Sequence record: DRR378314_1973
Length of the DNA stretch: 52,911 nucleotides
Strand: one strand, 5' to 3'
The notes under the pieces are model-generated. The model ran no database searches. It worked only from the letters and a program-made list of their open reading frames with translations, and had not been told where the DNA came from. This document shows positions 1 through 9,619 of the stretch, in pieces. The position numbers and the translations under genes were made by a program. Each line of letters begins with the position of its first letter. The stretch's first letter is position 1.

Positions 1-498
1 GGTCGTACCGCAACAGGTGTTCGTGGTATTCGCTTAGAAGAAGGGCAGCGTGTTGTATCACTGATTGTTCCTCGTGAATACGAAGAGGAAGAAGCGAATG
101 TATTAACCGTGACTGAAAACGGTTACGGCAAACGTACACCGTTAAGTGAATACCCGGCTAAGAGCCGCGCTACCAAAGGTGTGGTCTCTATTAAGGTCAG
201 CGAGCGCAATGGTTCCGTTGTCGGCGCCATGGAAGTTATTGATGGCAATGAGATCATGCTTATCAGCAATAAAGGCACTCTGGTAAGAACTCGCGTCAAC
301 GAGGTTTCTACTGTTGGTCGTAACACTCAGGGCGTGCGCTTAATTCGCACCGCTGATGACGAAAAAGTGGTTGGCTTACAGCGTATTGACGAAATTGATG
401 AAGATGAAGTGTTAATTGACGGCGAGGTTGTTGCTGAAGAAGGTGAAACCGCAGCTGAAGACAATACTGAAAATCAAGAAGGTTCCGACGAGTCATGA
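1..498 (+). CDS. gyrA: DNA gyrase subunit A, C-terminal fragment (5' truncated by window edge)
   Basis: Frame 1 is open from base 1 ([12 protein letters not shown]...). It has beta-pinwheel repeats ([19 protein letters not shown]) and an acidic tail. Confidence 0.96.
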   Translation, partial: GRTATGVRGIRLEEGQRVVSLIVPREYEEEEANVLTVTENGYGKRTPLSEYPAKSRATKGVVSIKVSERNGSVVGAMEVIDGNEIMLISNKGTLVRTRVNEVSTVGRNTQGVRLIRTADDEKVVGLQRIDEIDEDEVLIDGEVVAEEGETAAEDNTENQEGSDES

Positions 499-1580
499 GT
501 CAGTTGTTTAACTTTTCTGCTGGACCGGCAATGTTGCCGGTCGACGTTTTGAAACAAGCTCAGGAAGAGTTACTGAACTGGAATGGACAGGGCGTATCGG
601 TGATGGAAATTTCTCACCGCGACCCTGTTTATGTCCACATGGCACGTGAAGCCGAGCAAGACCTGCGCGACCTGTTGAACGTACCGGATGACTATGAAGT
701 ACTCTTTTTGCAAGGCGGTGGCCGCGGCCAGTTTTCTGCGGTTCCGCAAAATATAGCGTCACCGGATGCCACCGTAGATTATCTGGATACAGGAATTTGG
801 TCTGGTTTTGCTATCAGGGAAGCCGAAAAGTTTGTTTCTAAAGTGAATGTTGCCGGGCAAGTTCAGGAAGGCGCTAAAGGCAAAGAAATTCAGTCTCCAG
901 AAAACTGGAAGTTGTCTGAGAATGCCGCCTATTTTCATTATTGCCCTAATGAAACAGTCGATGGTATTGCGCTGCATGAGATTCCTGACGTAAAAGCGCC
1001 AATTGTTGTTGATATGTCATCGAATATTCTTTCTGAACCACTGGATGTCTCAAAGTTTGGCGTCATATACGCTGGAGCTCAAAAGAATATTGGCCCTTCT
1101 GGTTTTGCCATTGCGATTGTTAAAAAGTCTCTATTAGGTCATCCGCAGAAGCAGGTGTCATCTATTATGGATTACCAGCTTCAGGCTAAAGACGGGTCTA
1201 TGTACAACACACCCAACACTTTTGCCTGGTACCTGGCCGGGTTGGTATTCAAGTGGCTAAAAGCTCAGGGCGGATTAACCGCTATGGGCGAACGCAACCG
1301 GCATAAAGCACAGCTTTTATATGATTTTGTCGATAAGTCCGATTTTTACAGAAATGATATTAATCCGGCTTACCGTTCAATTATGAACATTCCTTTCCAA
1401 TTGGCCGACGACAAGCTTGATGCAGAATTTTTGCAAGGCGCTAAAAACCAAGGTTTATTGGGACTAAAAGGGCATCGCTTTGTTGGTGGCATGAGAGCCA
1501 GTATTTATAACGCAATGCCAGTGGAAGGCGTAGAAGCATTGTTAAGTTATATGGCTGATTTCGAGCGCAAGCTTGGCTAA
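495..1580 (+). CDS. serC: Phosphoserine aminotransferase
   Basis: [21 protein letters not shown] (PLP lysine), [25 protein letters not shown] overlap with gyrA. Confidence 0.97.
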   Translation: MSQLFNFSAGPAMLPVDVLKQAQEELLNWNGQGVSVMEISHRDPVYVHMAREAEQDLRDLLNVPDDYEVLFLQGGGRGQFSAVPQNIASPDATVDYLDTGIWSGFAIREAEKFVSKVNVAGQVQEGAKGKEIQSPENWKLSENAAYFHYCPNETVDGIALHEIPDVKAPIVVDMSSNILSEPLDVSKFGVIYAGAQKNIGPSGFAIAIVKKSLLGHPQKQVSSIMDYQLQAKDGSMYNTPNTFAWYLAGLVFKWLKAQGGLTAMGERNRHKAQLLYDFVDKSDFYRNDINPAYRSIMNIPFQLADDKLDAEFLQGAKNQGLLGLKGHRFVGGMRASIYNAMPVEGVEALLSYMADFERKLG

Positions 1581-1611
1581 ATAAATAGAATAAAAAAGGT
1601 AGTGAATCGCT

Positions 1612-2715
1612 ATGGCAGAATTTAATGCATTAGAACTGGTTAATCCCGGAGTAAAGCAATTACGTCCGTATCAGGCAGGTAAGCCTACGTCTGAATTACA
1701 GCGTGAGTTAGGTCTGCAGCACGTGGTTAAGCTGGCTTCAAATGAGAACCCTCTGGGTTTGAGTGAAAAAGTAAAAACCGCGCTGGAAGCTGAGTTAACG
1801 GATTTAGTGCGTTACCCCGATGCTAACGGTTATTACCTTAAAAGTCGTCTGGCAGAACTCAACGAGGTCGGTACGCAACAAATTACTCTGGGTAACGGCT
1901 CTAACGATGTTTTAGAGATTTTAGCTCGTACCTTTGTGTCAGATAAAGACGAAGTTATTTTCTCTCAGCATGCGTTTGTGGTGTATCCGCTGGTTACTCA
2001 GGCTATTGGCGCAAAACCCGTTGCCGTTCCTGCGGTAGATTATGGCCATGATCTTGATGGTATGGCTAAAGCCGTTACCGATAAAACCAAGATGATTTTT
2101 ATTGCTAACCCCAATAATCCAACGGGCACATTTTTATCAACCTCAGCACTGAAAAGCTTTCTGGACAAAATACCGCAGCATATTATTGTGGTTCTGGATG
2201 AAGCCTATTACGAGTATGTGCCGGAAGACCAGCGTGCGCCATCGGTAGAGTGGATAAAAGAATATCCTAATCTTGTGGTTAGCCGGACGTTTTCTAAAGC
2301 TTATGGCTTAGCGGGTTTGCGCGCAGGTTATGCGGTAAGTCATGAGAGCGTTGCCGATGTGCTTAACCGCATTCGCCAGCCATTCAACATGAATTCGTTA
2401 TCGCTGAAAGCTGCTGAAGTCGTATTAGATGATCACGCTTATTTGCAAAAAGCCGTTGAACTAAACGCTCAGGGTATGCAGCTATTAACTGAGTTTTGTG
2501 AAGAGTCCGGACTTAACTACATTCCATCTTACGGTAACTTTTTAACCATAGAAGTTGGGCCCGGTGCTGATAAGCTTTATGACGAACTTCTGCATGAAGG
2601 CGTTATTGTACGTCCTGTTGGCGGCTATGAGTTGCCGAATCATTTACGTGTCAGCATTGGCCTGCCTGAAGAAAACCAGGCCTTTATTAAGGCAATGAAA
2701 AAGCTGCGTGGTTAA
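1612..2715 (+). CDS. hisC: Histidinol-phosphate / aromatic aminotransferase (HisC family)
   Basis: VKLASNENPLG, GNGSNDV, NPNNPTG, LDEAYYE, RTFSKAYGLAGLRAGY. Confidence 0.93.
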   Translation: MAEFNALELVNPGVKQLRPYQAGKPTSELQRELGLQHVVKLASNENPLGLSEKVKTALEAELTDLVRYPDANGYYLKSRLAELNEVGTQQITLGNGSNDVLEILARTFVSDKDEVIFSQHAFVVYPLVTQAIGAKPVAVPAVDYGHDLDGMAKAVTDKTKMIFIANPNNPTGTFLSTSALKSFLDKIPQHIIVVLDEAYYEYVPEDQRAPSVEWIKEYPNLVVSRTFSKAYGLAGLRAGYAVSHESVADVLNRIRQPFNMNSLSLKAAEVVLDDHAYLQKAVELNAQGMQLLTEFCEESGLNYIPSYGNFLTIEVGPGADKLYDELLHEGVIVRPVGGYELPNHLRVSIGLPEENQAFIKAMKKLRG

Positions 2716-3997
2716 TTCTATTCATTTAGAGCCGCGACAGCATTGTCGCGGCACCGTCACCTTACCCGGTTCAAAAAGCATTGCTAACCGTGCATTGCTT
2801 ATGGCTGCTTTATGCCAGACTCCCGTCATCTTACATAATTTACTGGTTAGCGACGACACCAGCCGCATGCGTGAAGCTCTTAATGCACTGGGAGTGAGCT
2901 TTGAAGATGACAAACTCACTACCCGGGTGCATGGGTTAGGAGGGCATTGGAATAAACCGGCTTCTGAGCTCTATCTGGGAAACGCCGGCACCGCAATGCG
3001 GCCGCTTATAGCCGTGTTAGCGGCAACATTAAAAAGCGAACATCAAGCGGCAGTGTTAAAAGGTGATGCCCGAATGCATGAGCGCCCTGTAAAGCACTTA
3101 ATTGATGCTTTGCAGCCTCAGGGTGCAGGAGTTAAATATCTGGGGGAGACGGGGTTCCCTCCGTTAGAAATGACTTCTGGTTTAAAGCCGGGTCACTTTG
3201 AAATTGATGGTTCGGTATCCAGCCAGTTTATCTCGGCCTTACTGATGGCACTGCCGTTACTGCCCGGTGACTCAACCCTGACATTAAAAGGGAATGTGGT
3301 TTCACGACCTTACATTGAACTGACGCTGCAAATGCTGTCCGACTTTGGCATTTCGATAAAAGAAGACGCTCCTCAGTGCTACGCTATTACTGGCGGGCAA
3401 TGCTACCAGTCGCCAGGCGAATACTGGGTCGAAGGCGATGCCAGTGCTGCGTCTTATTGGATGGCTGCCGCGCTGTTAGGTAAAGGTCCGGTTGAGATTA
3501 TCGGTGTTGGTAAAAACTCGATTCAGGGCGACAAACGCTTCGCCGAAGTCATTGAAGCCATGGGCGCGTCAGTGAGCTACCATAAAAACAGCATGACCGT
3601 ATCCGGCACAGGAAGTGTACAGGGCATTGACCAGGACTTTAATGATATTCCCGATGCGGCAATGACAGTCGCGCCACTGGCTTTATTTGCAAATAAGCCG
3701 ACGACAATTCGTAATGTCGCAAACTGGCGGGTTAAAGAAACCGACCGCCTTCATGCTATGGCAACTGAGCTGCGAAAGCTCGGTGCCACAGTCGATGAGG
3801 GCGAGGACTTTCTCCGCATTGAACCGCTGAAACACTGGCGACATATTGCAATTGATACTTATGACGATCACCGCATGGCAATGTGCTTTTCGTTAGTAGC
3901 ATTTTCCTCCGCTGGAGTGACAATCAATGATCCCGGTTGTTGTGCAAAGACCTATCCCGACTATTTTTCCGAGTTTTCACGGCTCTGTCACAGTTAA
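2708..3997 (+). CDS. aroA: 3-phosphoshikimate 1-carboxyvinyltransferase (EPSP synthase)
   Basis: LPGSKSIANRALL, LGNAGTAMRPL, SSQFISALL, RVKETDRL, DDHRMAM. GTG start overlaps the hisC end. Confidence 0.96.
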   Translation: MVNSIHLEPRQHCRGTVTLPGSKSIANRALLMAALCQTPVILHNLLVSDDTSRMREALNALGVSFEDDKLTTRVHGLGGHWNKPASELYLGNAGTAMRPLIAVLAATLKSEHQAAVLKGDARMHERPVKHLIDALQPQGAGVKYLGETGFPPLEMTSGLKPGHFEIDGSVSSQFISALLMALPLLPGDSTLTLKGNVVSRPYIELTLQMLSDFGISIKEDAPQCYAITGGQCYQSPGEYWVEGDASAASYWMAAALLGKGPVEIIGVGKNSIQGDKRFAEVIEAMGASVSYHKNSMTVSGTGSVQGIDQDFNDIPDAAMTVAPLALFANKPTTIRNVANWRVKETDRLHAMATELRKLGATVDEGEDFLRIEPLKHWRHIAIDTYDDHRMAMCFSLVAFSSAGVTINDPGCCAKTYPDYFSEFSRLCHS

Positions 3998-4021
3998 CTC
4001 TTAGACTCGCTGACTTTGATT

Positions 4022-4058
4022 AATGCAATTTTTTTACAAATGCGTATAATTGCGCGGC
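4022..4058 (+). promoter_or_regulatory. Putative sigma70 promoter of cmk-rpsA with GC-rich discriminator
   Basis: Perfect TATAAT at 4045-4050 followed by TGCGCGGC. The -35 is weak. Confidence 0.55.
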
Positions 4059-4094
4059 TAAATGCTGCGTAATGCAGAGCAATTAGAGGATTTT

Positions 4095-4787
4095 ATGACA
4101 ACTCATATTCCAGTCATTACGATTGACGGGCCGAGTGGGGCAGGAAAAGGAACTATCAGTCGATTATTGGCTGAAAAGCTAGGATGGCACTTGCTGGACA
4201 GTGGCGCAATTTATCGCGTACTGGCATTAGCGGCTTTGCACCATGATTTTACGCCGGAAGATGAAGAAAGCCTGGTGGCTTTGGCGGCGCACCTGGATGT
4301 GAAGTTTGAAGCAGAAGAGGAACGCTCATTGACACATATTATTCTTGAAGGCGAGGATGTGACCATGACCATCCGTACCGAGCAAGTGGGTAATATGGCG
4401 TCAAAAATAGCGGCTTTACCACGAGTCAGAGAAGCTCTACTGCGCCGCCAGCGTGGGTTTAAAGAGCTTCCGGGTCTGGTGGCCGACGGCCGTGATATGG
4501 GAACTGTTGTTTTCACTGATGCCGATGCCAAAATCTTTTTAACGGCTTCTGCCGAAGAGCGTGCAAGACGACGCTTTGGGCAATTGAAGGAAAAAGGTTT
4601 TGATGCTAATATTGATCAATTAGTGAACGAAATTAAAGAAAGAGATGATCGTGATACGAATCGCTCGGTGGCACCTCTTAAGCCAGCTGAGGATGCGTTG
4701 TATCTGGATTCCACTGATACGTCCATAGAGGACGTGTTGGAACAAGTATTGACGTTTGCGCACAGCAAACTCTCAAAGACTAGCTAG
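4095..4787 (+). CDS. cmk: Cytidylate kinase
   Basis: [14 protein letters not shown]-loop, [21 protein letters not shown]. Start placed at ATG 4095 after AGAGGA. Confidence 0.96.
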   Translation: MTTHIPVITIDGPSGAGKGTISRLLAEKLGWHLLDSGAIYRVLALAALHHDFTPEDEESLVALAAHLDVKFEAEEERSLTHIILEGEDVTMTIRTEQVGNMASKIAALPRVREALLRRQRGFKELPGLVADGRDMGTVVFTDADAKIFLTASAEERARRRFGQLKEKGFDANIDQLVNEIKERDDRDTNRSVAPLKPAEDALYLDSTDTSIEDVLEQVLTFAHSKLSKTS

Positions 4788-4901
4788 GGTCAGGTGACCT
4801 TAATTAGGCGTCTGTTGTAAGGAAGCGAACAGACTATTTTAATAACCCCGCTGTATACGGAAGTTCAGTGGACGTCTTATTTATAAGCGAAGTTAATTAC
4901 T
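4788..4901 (+). promoter_or_regulatory. rpsA leader (SD-less, hairpins with GGA-containing loops; S1 autoregulatory element)
   Basis: Hairpins GTCTGTT/AACAGAC (4810-4834) and CCGCTG/CAGTGG (4848-4871) each have GGAAG in the loop. AU-rich spacers and no canonical SD before the ATG match the known gammaproteobacterial rpsA leader architecture. Confidence 0.65.
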
Positions 4902-6584
4902 ATGTCAGAAAATTTTGCAGAATTATTTGAAGAAAGCCTAAAGGAAGTTGAAACACGCCCGGGCTCCATTGTTAAAGGTACTATCGTTGCTATCGAAAAA
5001 GATTTGATCCTGGTTGATGCCGGCCTTAAATCAGAAAGCGCGATTCCAGCAGAACAATTCCGTAATGCAGAAGGTGAATTAGAAGTCAGCGTCGGCGACG
5101 TAGTTGACGTAGCCCTTGATGCAGTTGAAGACGGCTTTGGCGAAACCATTCTGTCTCGCGAAAAAGCGAAGCGTTATGAAGCATGGCTGCAACTGGAAAA
5201 AGCACACGAAGACAATGCAACCGTTATCGGTATTATCTCTGGTAAGGTTAAGGGTGGCTTTACAGTAGACTTAGGCGGCGTTCGCGCGTTCTTGCCTGGT
5301 TCACTGGTTGATGTACGTCCAGTACGTGAAACAACGCACCTGGAAAACAAAGATTTAGAATTCAAAGTTATCAAGCTTGATCAAAAACGTAACAACGTTG
5401 TTGTTTCTCGCCGTGCTGTTATCGAGAAAGAAAACAGTGCAGAGCGTGAAGAGCTGCTTGAAAACTTGCAAGAAGGCCAGGAAGTTCAGGGTATCGTTAA
5501 GAACCTGACTGACTACGGTGCGTTCGTTGACTTAGGCGGCGTAGATGGCTTATTGCACATTACCGATATGGCTTGGAAACGCGTTAAGCACCCAAGTGAA
5601 ATCGTAAACGTTGGCGATGAAATCACTGTTAAAGTATTGAAGTTTGACCGTGAACGCACTCGTGTATCTCTTGGCCTTAAGCAGTTAGGCGAAGATCCAT
5701 GGGCTGATATCGCAAACCGTTACCCAGAAGGGCATCGTTTAACTGGTCGTGTTACGAACTTGACTGATTACGGTTGCTTCGTCGAAATCGAAGAGGGTGT
5801 TGAAGGTCTTGTTCACGTATCAGAAATGGACTGGACTAACAAAAACGTTCATCCTTCTAAAGTGGTTAACCTGGACGACACTGTTGAAGTTATGGTTCTG
5901 GAAATTGACGAAGAACGTCGTCGCATTTCACTAGGCCTTAAACAGTGTAAACCTAACCCATGGGAAGAGTTTGCGAAAAACCACAATAAAGGCGAGCAAG
6001 TTACTGGTAAGATCAAGTCAATCACTGACTTTGGTATCTTCATCGGTCTTGACGGCGGTATTGATGGTTTGGTTCACTTGTCAGATATTAGCTGGAACGC
6101 TACTGGCGAAGAAGCCGTTCGTGATTACAAAAAAGGTGAAGAAGTTACCGCTGTAGTCATGCAAGTTGATGCTGAACGTGAGCGTATTTCACTGGGTATC
6201 AAGCAGCTTGAAGAAGACCCATTCAATAACTACCTGGCGGCCAATAAAAAAGGTGCTATTGTTACAGGTACAGTTACTGAAGTAGACGCTAAAGGCGCTA
6301 AAGTTGAATTAGCTGAAAGCGTTGAAGGTTATGTTCGTGCCGCTGACATTTCACGCGACCGCGTTGAAGATGCAAGCACTGAACTGAGCGTTGGTGATTC
6401 TATTGAAGCTCGCTTCATGGGCGTTGACCGTAAAAACCGTACTCTGAGCTTGTCTATCCGTGCGAAAGACGAAGTTGAAGAGAAAGAAGCGGTTGAAAGC
6501 GTTAATAAGCAACAGGACAGTGGTTCTGGTCTTAACAGCGCAATGGCAGAAGCCTTTAAAGCTGCAAAAACTGACGACGAATAA
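4902..6584 (+). CDS. rpsA: 30S ribosomal protein S1
   Basis: [12 protein letters not shown] start, six S1 repeats, [18 protein letters not shown]. Confidence 0.98.
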   Translation: MSENFAELFEESLKEVETRPGSIVKGTIVAIEKDLILVDAGLKSESAIPAEQFRNAEGELEVSVGDVVDVALDAVEDGFGETILSREKAKRYEAWLQLEKAHEDNATVIGIISGKVKGGFTVDLGGVRAFLPGSLVDVRPVRETTHLENKDLEFKVIKLDQKRNNVVVSRRAVIEKENSAEREELLENLQEGQEVQGIVKNLTDYGAFVDLGGVDGLLHITDMAWKRVKHPSEIVNVGDEITVKVLKFDRERTRVSLGLKQLGEDPWADIANRYPEGHRLTGRVTNLTDYGCFVEIEEGVEGLVHVSEMDWTNKNVHPSKVVNLDDTVEVMVLEIDEERRRISLGLKQCKPNPWEEFAKNHNKGEQVTGKIKSITDFGIFIGLDGGIDGLVHLSDISWNATGEEAVRDYKKGEEVTAVVMQVDAERERISLGIKQLEEDPFNNYLAANKKGAIVTGTVTEVDAKGAKVELAESVEGYVRAADISRDRVEDASTELSVGDSIEARFMGVDRKNRTLSLSIRAKDEVEEKEAVESVNKQQDSGSGLNSAMAEAFKAAKTDDE

Positions 6585-6622
6585 CTTACTGCACTGTTGC
6601 AGTTAATTTGAAGGAGGTAATG

Positions 6623-6904
6623 ATGACTAAATCAGAGCTGATTGAAAGGTTAACTTTGAAGCACGAGTTACCTCCTAAGCAGGTTGAAGCTTCGGTAAAA
6701 GAGATACTCGAACAGATGGTGCAATCCTTATCGCAAGGTAAGCGCGTTGAAATTCGGGGCTTTGGAAGCTTCTCTTTGCATTATCGGGCTCCTCGTGTTG
6801 GCCGTAATCCTAAAACAGGTGATCCTGTTGAATTGGATGGAAAATATGTACCGCATTTTAAAGCGGGCAAAGAGCTTCGCGAGAGGGTCGATACATTAAG
6901 TTAG
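6623..6904 (+). CDS. ihfB: Integration host factor subunit beta
   Basis: [45 protein letters not shown] at 6611-6617. ATG 6620 is an alternative start. Confidence 0.97.
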   Translation: MTKSELIERLTLKHELPPKQVEASVKEILEQMVQSLSQGKRVEIRGFGSFSLHYRAPRVGRNPKTGDPVELDGKYVPHFKAGKELRERVDTLS

Positions 6905-6922
6905 TTTTTACGCTCGATTGAT

Positions 6923-6957
6923 AAAAACGGCATGCTATACTGGCATGCCGTTTTTTT
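6923..6957 (+). terminator. Rho-independent terminator after ihfB
   Basis: AAAAACGGCATGC-tatactg-GCATGCCGTTTTTTT. Confidence 0.85.
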
Positions 6958-6978
6958 ATAACTAACAGGTAAGCAATT

Positions 6979-7239
6979 ATGCTTAAAAAGCTGCTTATTC
7001 TCATTCCTGTATTAATCATATTTCTTTTAGCAATGGCTTTTGGGGCTCAGAACCCGCAAACCGTGGTTGTTAATCTACTGGTGCTGCAAACAGAGATGGC
7101 TGTTGCGTCGCTGCTTGCTATCTTTTTTGGTAGCGGTTTTCTGGTTGGTATTTTATTACTTTGCTTATCGAGTTTATCCTGGCGCTATCGGTATAATCGT
7201 TTAGTTAAGCGTTTAAATAAACTGGACAAGGAGAGTTAA
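6979..7239 (+). CDS. lapA: Lipopolysaccharide assembly protein A
   Basis: Two TM segments, FGAQNPQTVVVNLL, basic coiled C-terminus, ihfB-lapA-lapB-pyrF synteny. Confidence 0.85.
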   Translation: MLKKLLILIPVLIIFLLAMAFGAQNPQTVVVNLLVLQTEMAVASLLAIFFGSGFLVGILLLCLSSLSWRYRYNRLVKRLNKLDKES

Positions 7240-7245
7240 CGGCTC

Positions 7246-8403
7246 ATGTTGGAGCTTCTCTTCCTGCTTCTACCAATTGCTGCTGCCTATGGCTGGTTCA
7301 TGGGGCGTAATAGTGTTCGCACCGAAGAGCGAAAAGAGCAGAAGCGTTTCTCCAAACAGTATGCGACTGGTATAAATCTGTTGCTTTCAGATCAACCCGA
7401 CAAGGCAGTTGATCTATTTGTTGAGCTGTTGGATGTCGACAGCGAAACCATTGAAACTCACTGGACCTTAGGCAAGTTATTTCGTCGCAGAGGCGAAGTT
7501 GACCGCGCAATAAAAATTCATAAAAACCTGACGTCACTTCCCAACCTGTCTGAGCACGACCGCTTAACGGCTATGTACGAGTTGGGTAAAGACTACCTTT
7601 CTGCCGGAATCTATGACCGCGCTGAACAAATGTTTGCAGGCTTACAGAGTTACAAGTTATTCCGGGAAAAAAGCCAAAAGCACCTTCTTGAGCTTTATGA
7701 GTCCACGCACGAATGGGATAAAGCCATTAAAATAGCTTTGCGTCTGGCGAAGCAAAGCAGCCACGCGCGAGTCGTTCTCGCTCAGCTATATTGCGAACTT
7801 GCCGAATTAGACGACAATGTTCCCAGTAAAATAAAGCATTACAGCAAAGCGCTTAAACACGATAGTAATTGCGTTAGAGCGGTTCTCTCCCTGGGAAAAA
7901 TCCATATGAAAGAAGGGGAGTATGGGGAGTCTATTAATTACTTAACCCGGGTGTTCGAGCAGGACAAATCATTCGTTTGCGAAACCATTCCTTTGCTAGA
8001 GGAAGCTTACGAGAAAACATCGGATACTCATACTTTTATCGAATTTCTACACAGTTGCGTTGAGCACAATGCGGGGATAACAGCCGCTATTACATTGTCA
8101 GAAAAAATCTGTGAATCACAAAGTATTGAAGACGCAGAACACTTTATGACCCATGTTTTAGAGCAGCACCCGACTATGCGCGGATTCCATCATTTAATGG
8201 GGTTACACATTCGAGCCGCTGATGTGGGCAATGCACGTGACAGCCTTCGGAGGCTGCGTAAGATGGTTCACGAGCATATAGTGCAGCGCCCCAATTATAA
8301 GTGCCGTCACTGTGGTTTCTCCGGACATACTTTATATTGGCGTTGTCCATCGTGTAAGAGCTGGGCAACAACAAAACCTATTTTTGGATTAGATGGTGAA
8401 TAA
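7246..8403 (+). CDS. lapB: Lipopolysaccharide assembly protein B
   Basis: MLELLFLLLPIAAAYGWFMG, TPR repeats, rubredoxin motif CRHCGF...WRCPSCKSW. Confidence 0.95.
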   Translation: MLELLFLLLPIAAAYGWFMGRNSVRTEERKEQKRFSKQYATGINLLLSDQPDKAVDLFVELLDVDSETIETHWTLGKLFRRRGEVDRAIKIHKNLTSLPNLSEHDRLTAMYELGKDYLSAGIYDRAEQMFAGLQSYKLFREKSQKHLLELYESTHEWDKAIKIALRLAKQSSHARVVLAQLYCELAELDDNVPSKIKHYSKALKHDSNCVRAVLSLGKIHMKEGEYGESINYLTRVFEQDKSFVCETIPLLEEAYEKTSDTHTFIEFLHSCVEHNAGITAAITLSEKICESQSIEDAEHFMTHVLEQHPTMRGFHHLMGLHIRAADVGNARDSLRRLRKMVHEHIVQRPNYKCRHCGFSGHTLYWRCPSCKSWATTKPIFGLDGE

Positions 8404-8407
8404 CAAC

Positions 8408-9103
8408 ATGGCGTTACCGAAAATTTATGTTGCATTAGATTGCCAGACACAGGAAGCCGCTGACAATTTAGTGAGTCAATTACCAGCTGGAAAAGTTGGT
8501 CTTAAAGTGGGTAAGGAATTGTTTACTGCTATTGGACCCGACTGGGTGAAAAAGCAGGTTGAGCAAGGTTTTTCAGTATTTTTAGACTTAAAGTTTCATG
8601 ATATTCCAAATACAGTGGCTAAGGCGGTAACCTCAGCAGCTAAAATGGGTGTTGATATAGTGAACGTGCACGCCAGCGGCGGTACCGAAATGATGAGCGC
8701 GGCAAGGGATGCATTAAAGCAATTTGATAAACCACCTTTATTAATAGCCGTGACTGTACTCACCAGCATGAGTGATTCTGACCTAAACGAAATAGGAATT
8801 CAGGCAACTGCGGAACAGCAAGTACTTAAACTGGCAAAACTAGCGCAGCAGGCTGGCTTGAACGGCGTGGTTTGTTCTGCTCAGGAAGCTCGTATGCTGA
8901 AACGTGATTTGGGTACGTCATTTAAGCTTGTAACGCCGGGTATCCGACCTGCCAACAGCGCCACTGGTGACCAAAAGCGGGTTATGACACCAGAAGCCGC
9001 AATAGAGGCTGGAGTCGATTACATGGTTATTGGGCGACCCATTACGCAGGCAACTGACCCAACCGCCAGCGTTGCGGAGATATTAACCTCTATAGGAGAA
9101 TAA
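8408..9103 (+). CDS. pyrF: Orotidine-5'-phosphate decarboxylase
   Basis: VFLDLKFHDIPNTV, VTVLTS, LVTPGIRP, VIGRPIT. Start is 8408 or 8393. Confidence 0.96.
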   Translation: MALPKIYVALDCQTQEAADNLVSQLPAGKVGLKVGKELFTAIGPDWVKKQVEQGFSVFLDLKFHDIPNTVAKAVTSAAKMGVDIVNVHASGGTEMMSAARDALKQFDKPPLLIAVTVLTSMSDSDLNEIGIQATAEQQVLKLAKLAQQAGLNGVVCSAQEARMLKRDLGTSFKLVTPGIRPANSATGDQKRVMTPEAAIEAGVDYMVIGRPITQATDPTASVAEILTSIGE

Positions 9104-9209
9104 CTCACTTACGCCTTCGCAATGTCGTAATCTTCTAATAGGGCTAAAAACTTCGGCTATAGTGTCTTTACTGCAGTGACGCAGTGATTTTTCAATAGGG
9201 AATGACACT

Positions 9210-9530
9210 ATGAAGCTAAAATTAATTTCCATACTTGTTGCCTCATCGCTGTTTTTAGCAGCAGGGGCGCAAGCCACTCCATTATCCGCCTTACCAAACT
9301 TATCTCCAGTAGCACAGGCTGAAGAGGTTAAAACCGTCAATATCAATACGGGTTCAGCACAAGAGATATCGGCTGTTCTGGTTGGTGTCGGTGAGAAACG
9401 GGCTGAGCAGATCATCGAGTTAAGAGAGCAACTGGGTGGTTTTACCGAAGTAGAGCAGTTACTTGATGTAAAAGGTATTGGTGCTAAAACCTTAGAGAAA
9501 AACCGAGCCTTTATTACTATTAAGCCGTGA
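9210..9530 (+). CDS. comEA: ComEA-family periplasmic helix-hairpin-helix DNA-binding protein
   Basis: Signal peptide, VNINTGSAQEI, LVGVGEKRAEQI, LLDVKGIGAKTLEKNR. Confidence 0.88.
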   Translation: MKLKLISILVASSLFLAAGAQATPLSALPNLSPVAQAEEVKTVNINTGSAQEISAVLVGVGEKRAEQIIELREQLGGFTEVEQLLDVKGIGAKTLEKNRAFITIKP

Positions 9531-9551
9531 CGGCAAGTAAACTCCAGAGAT

Positions 9552-9585
9552 AAAAAAAGGCCGGTAGTTTGTTGCTACCGGCCTT
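9552..9585 (-). terminator. Rho-independent terminator of rne (between convergent comEA and rne)
   Basis: AAGGCCGGTAG-tttgttg-CTACCGGCCTT, preceded on + by an A-tract that gives the U-tract on the minus strand. Confidence 0.8.
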
Positions 9586-9619
9586 CCTATTTCCTTACTA
9601 AACTTTCGTTTAGCTCAAT

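Noticed and set aside
4902..6584. Internal repeats in rpsA (for example ACTGACTACGGT-like segments)
   Set aside because: These are the expected S1-domain repeats, not a repeat array or CRISPR.
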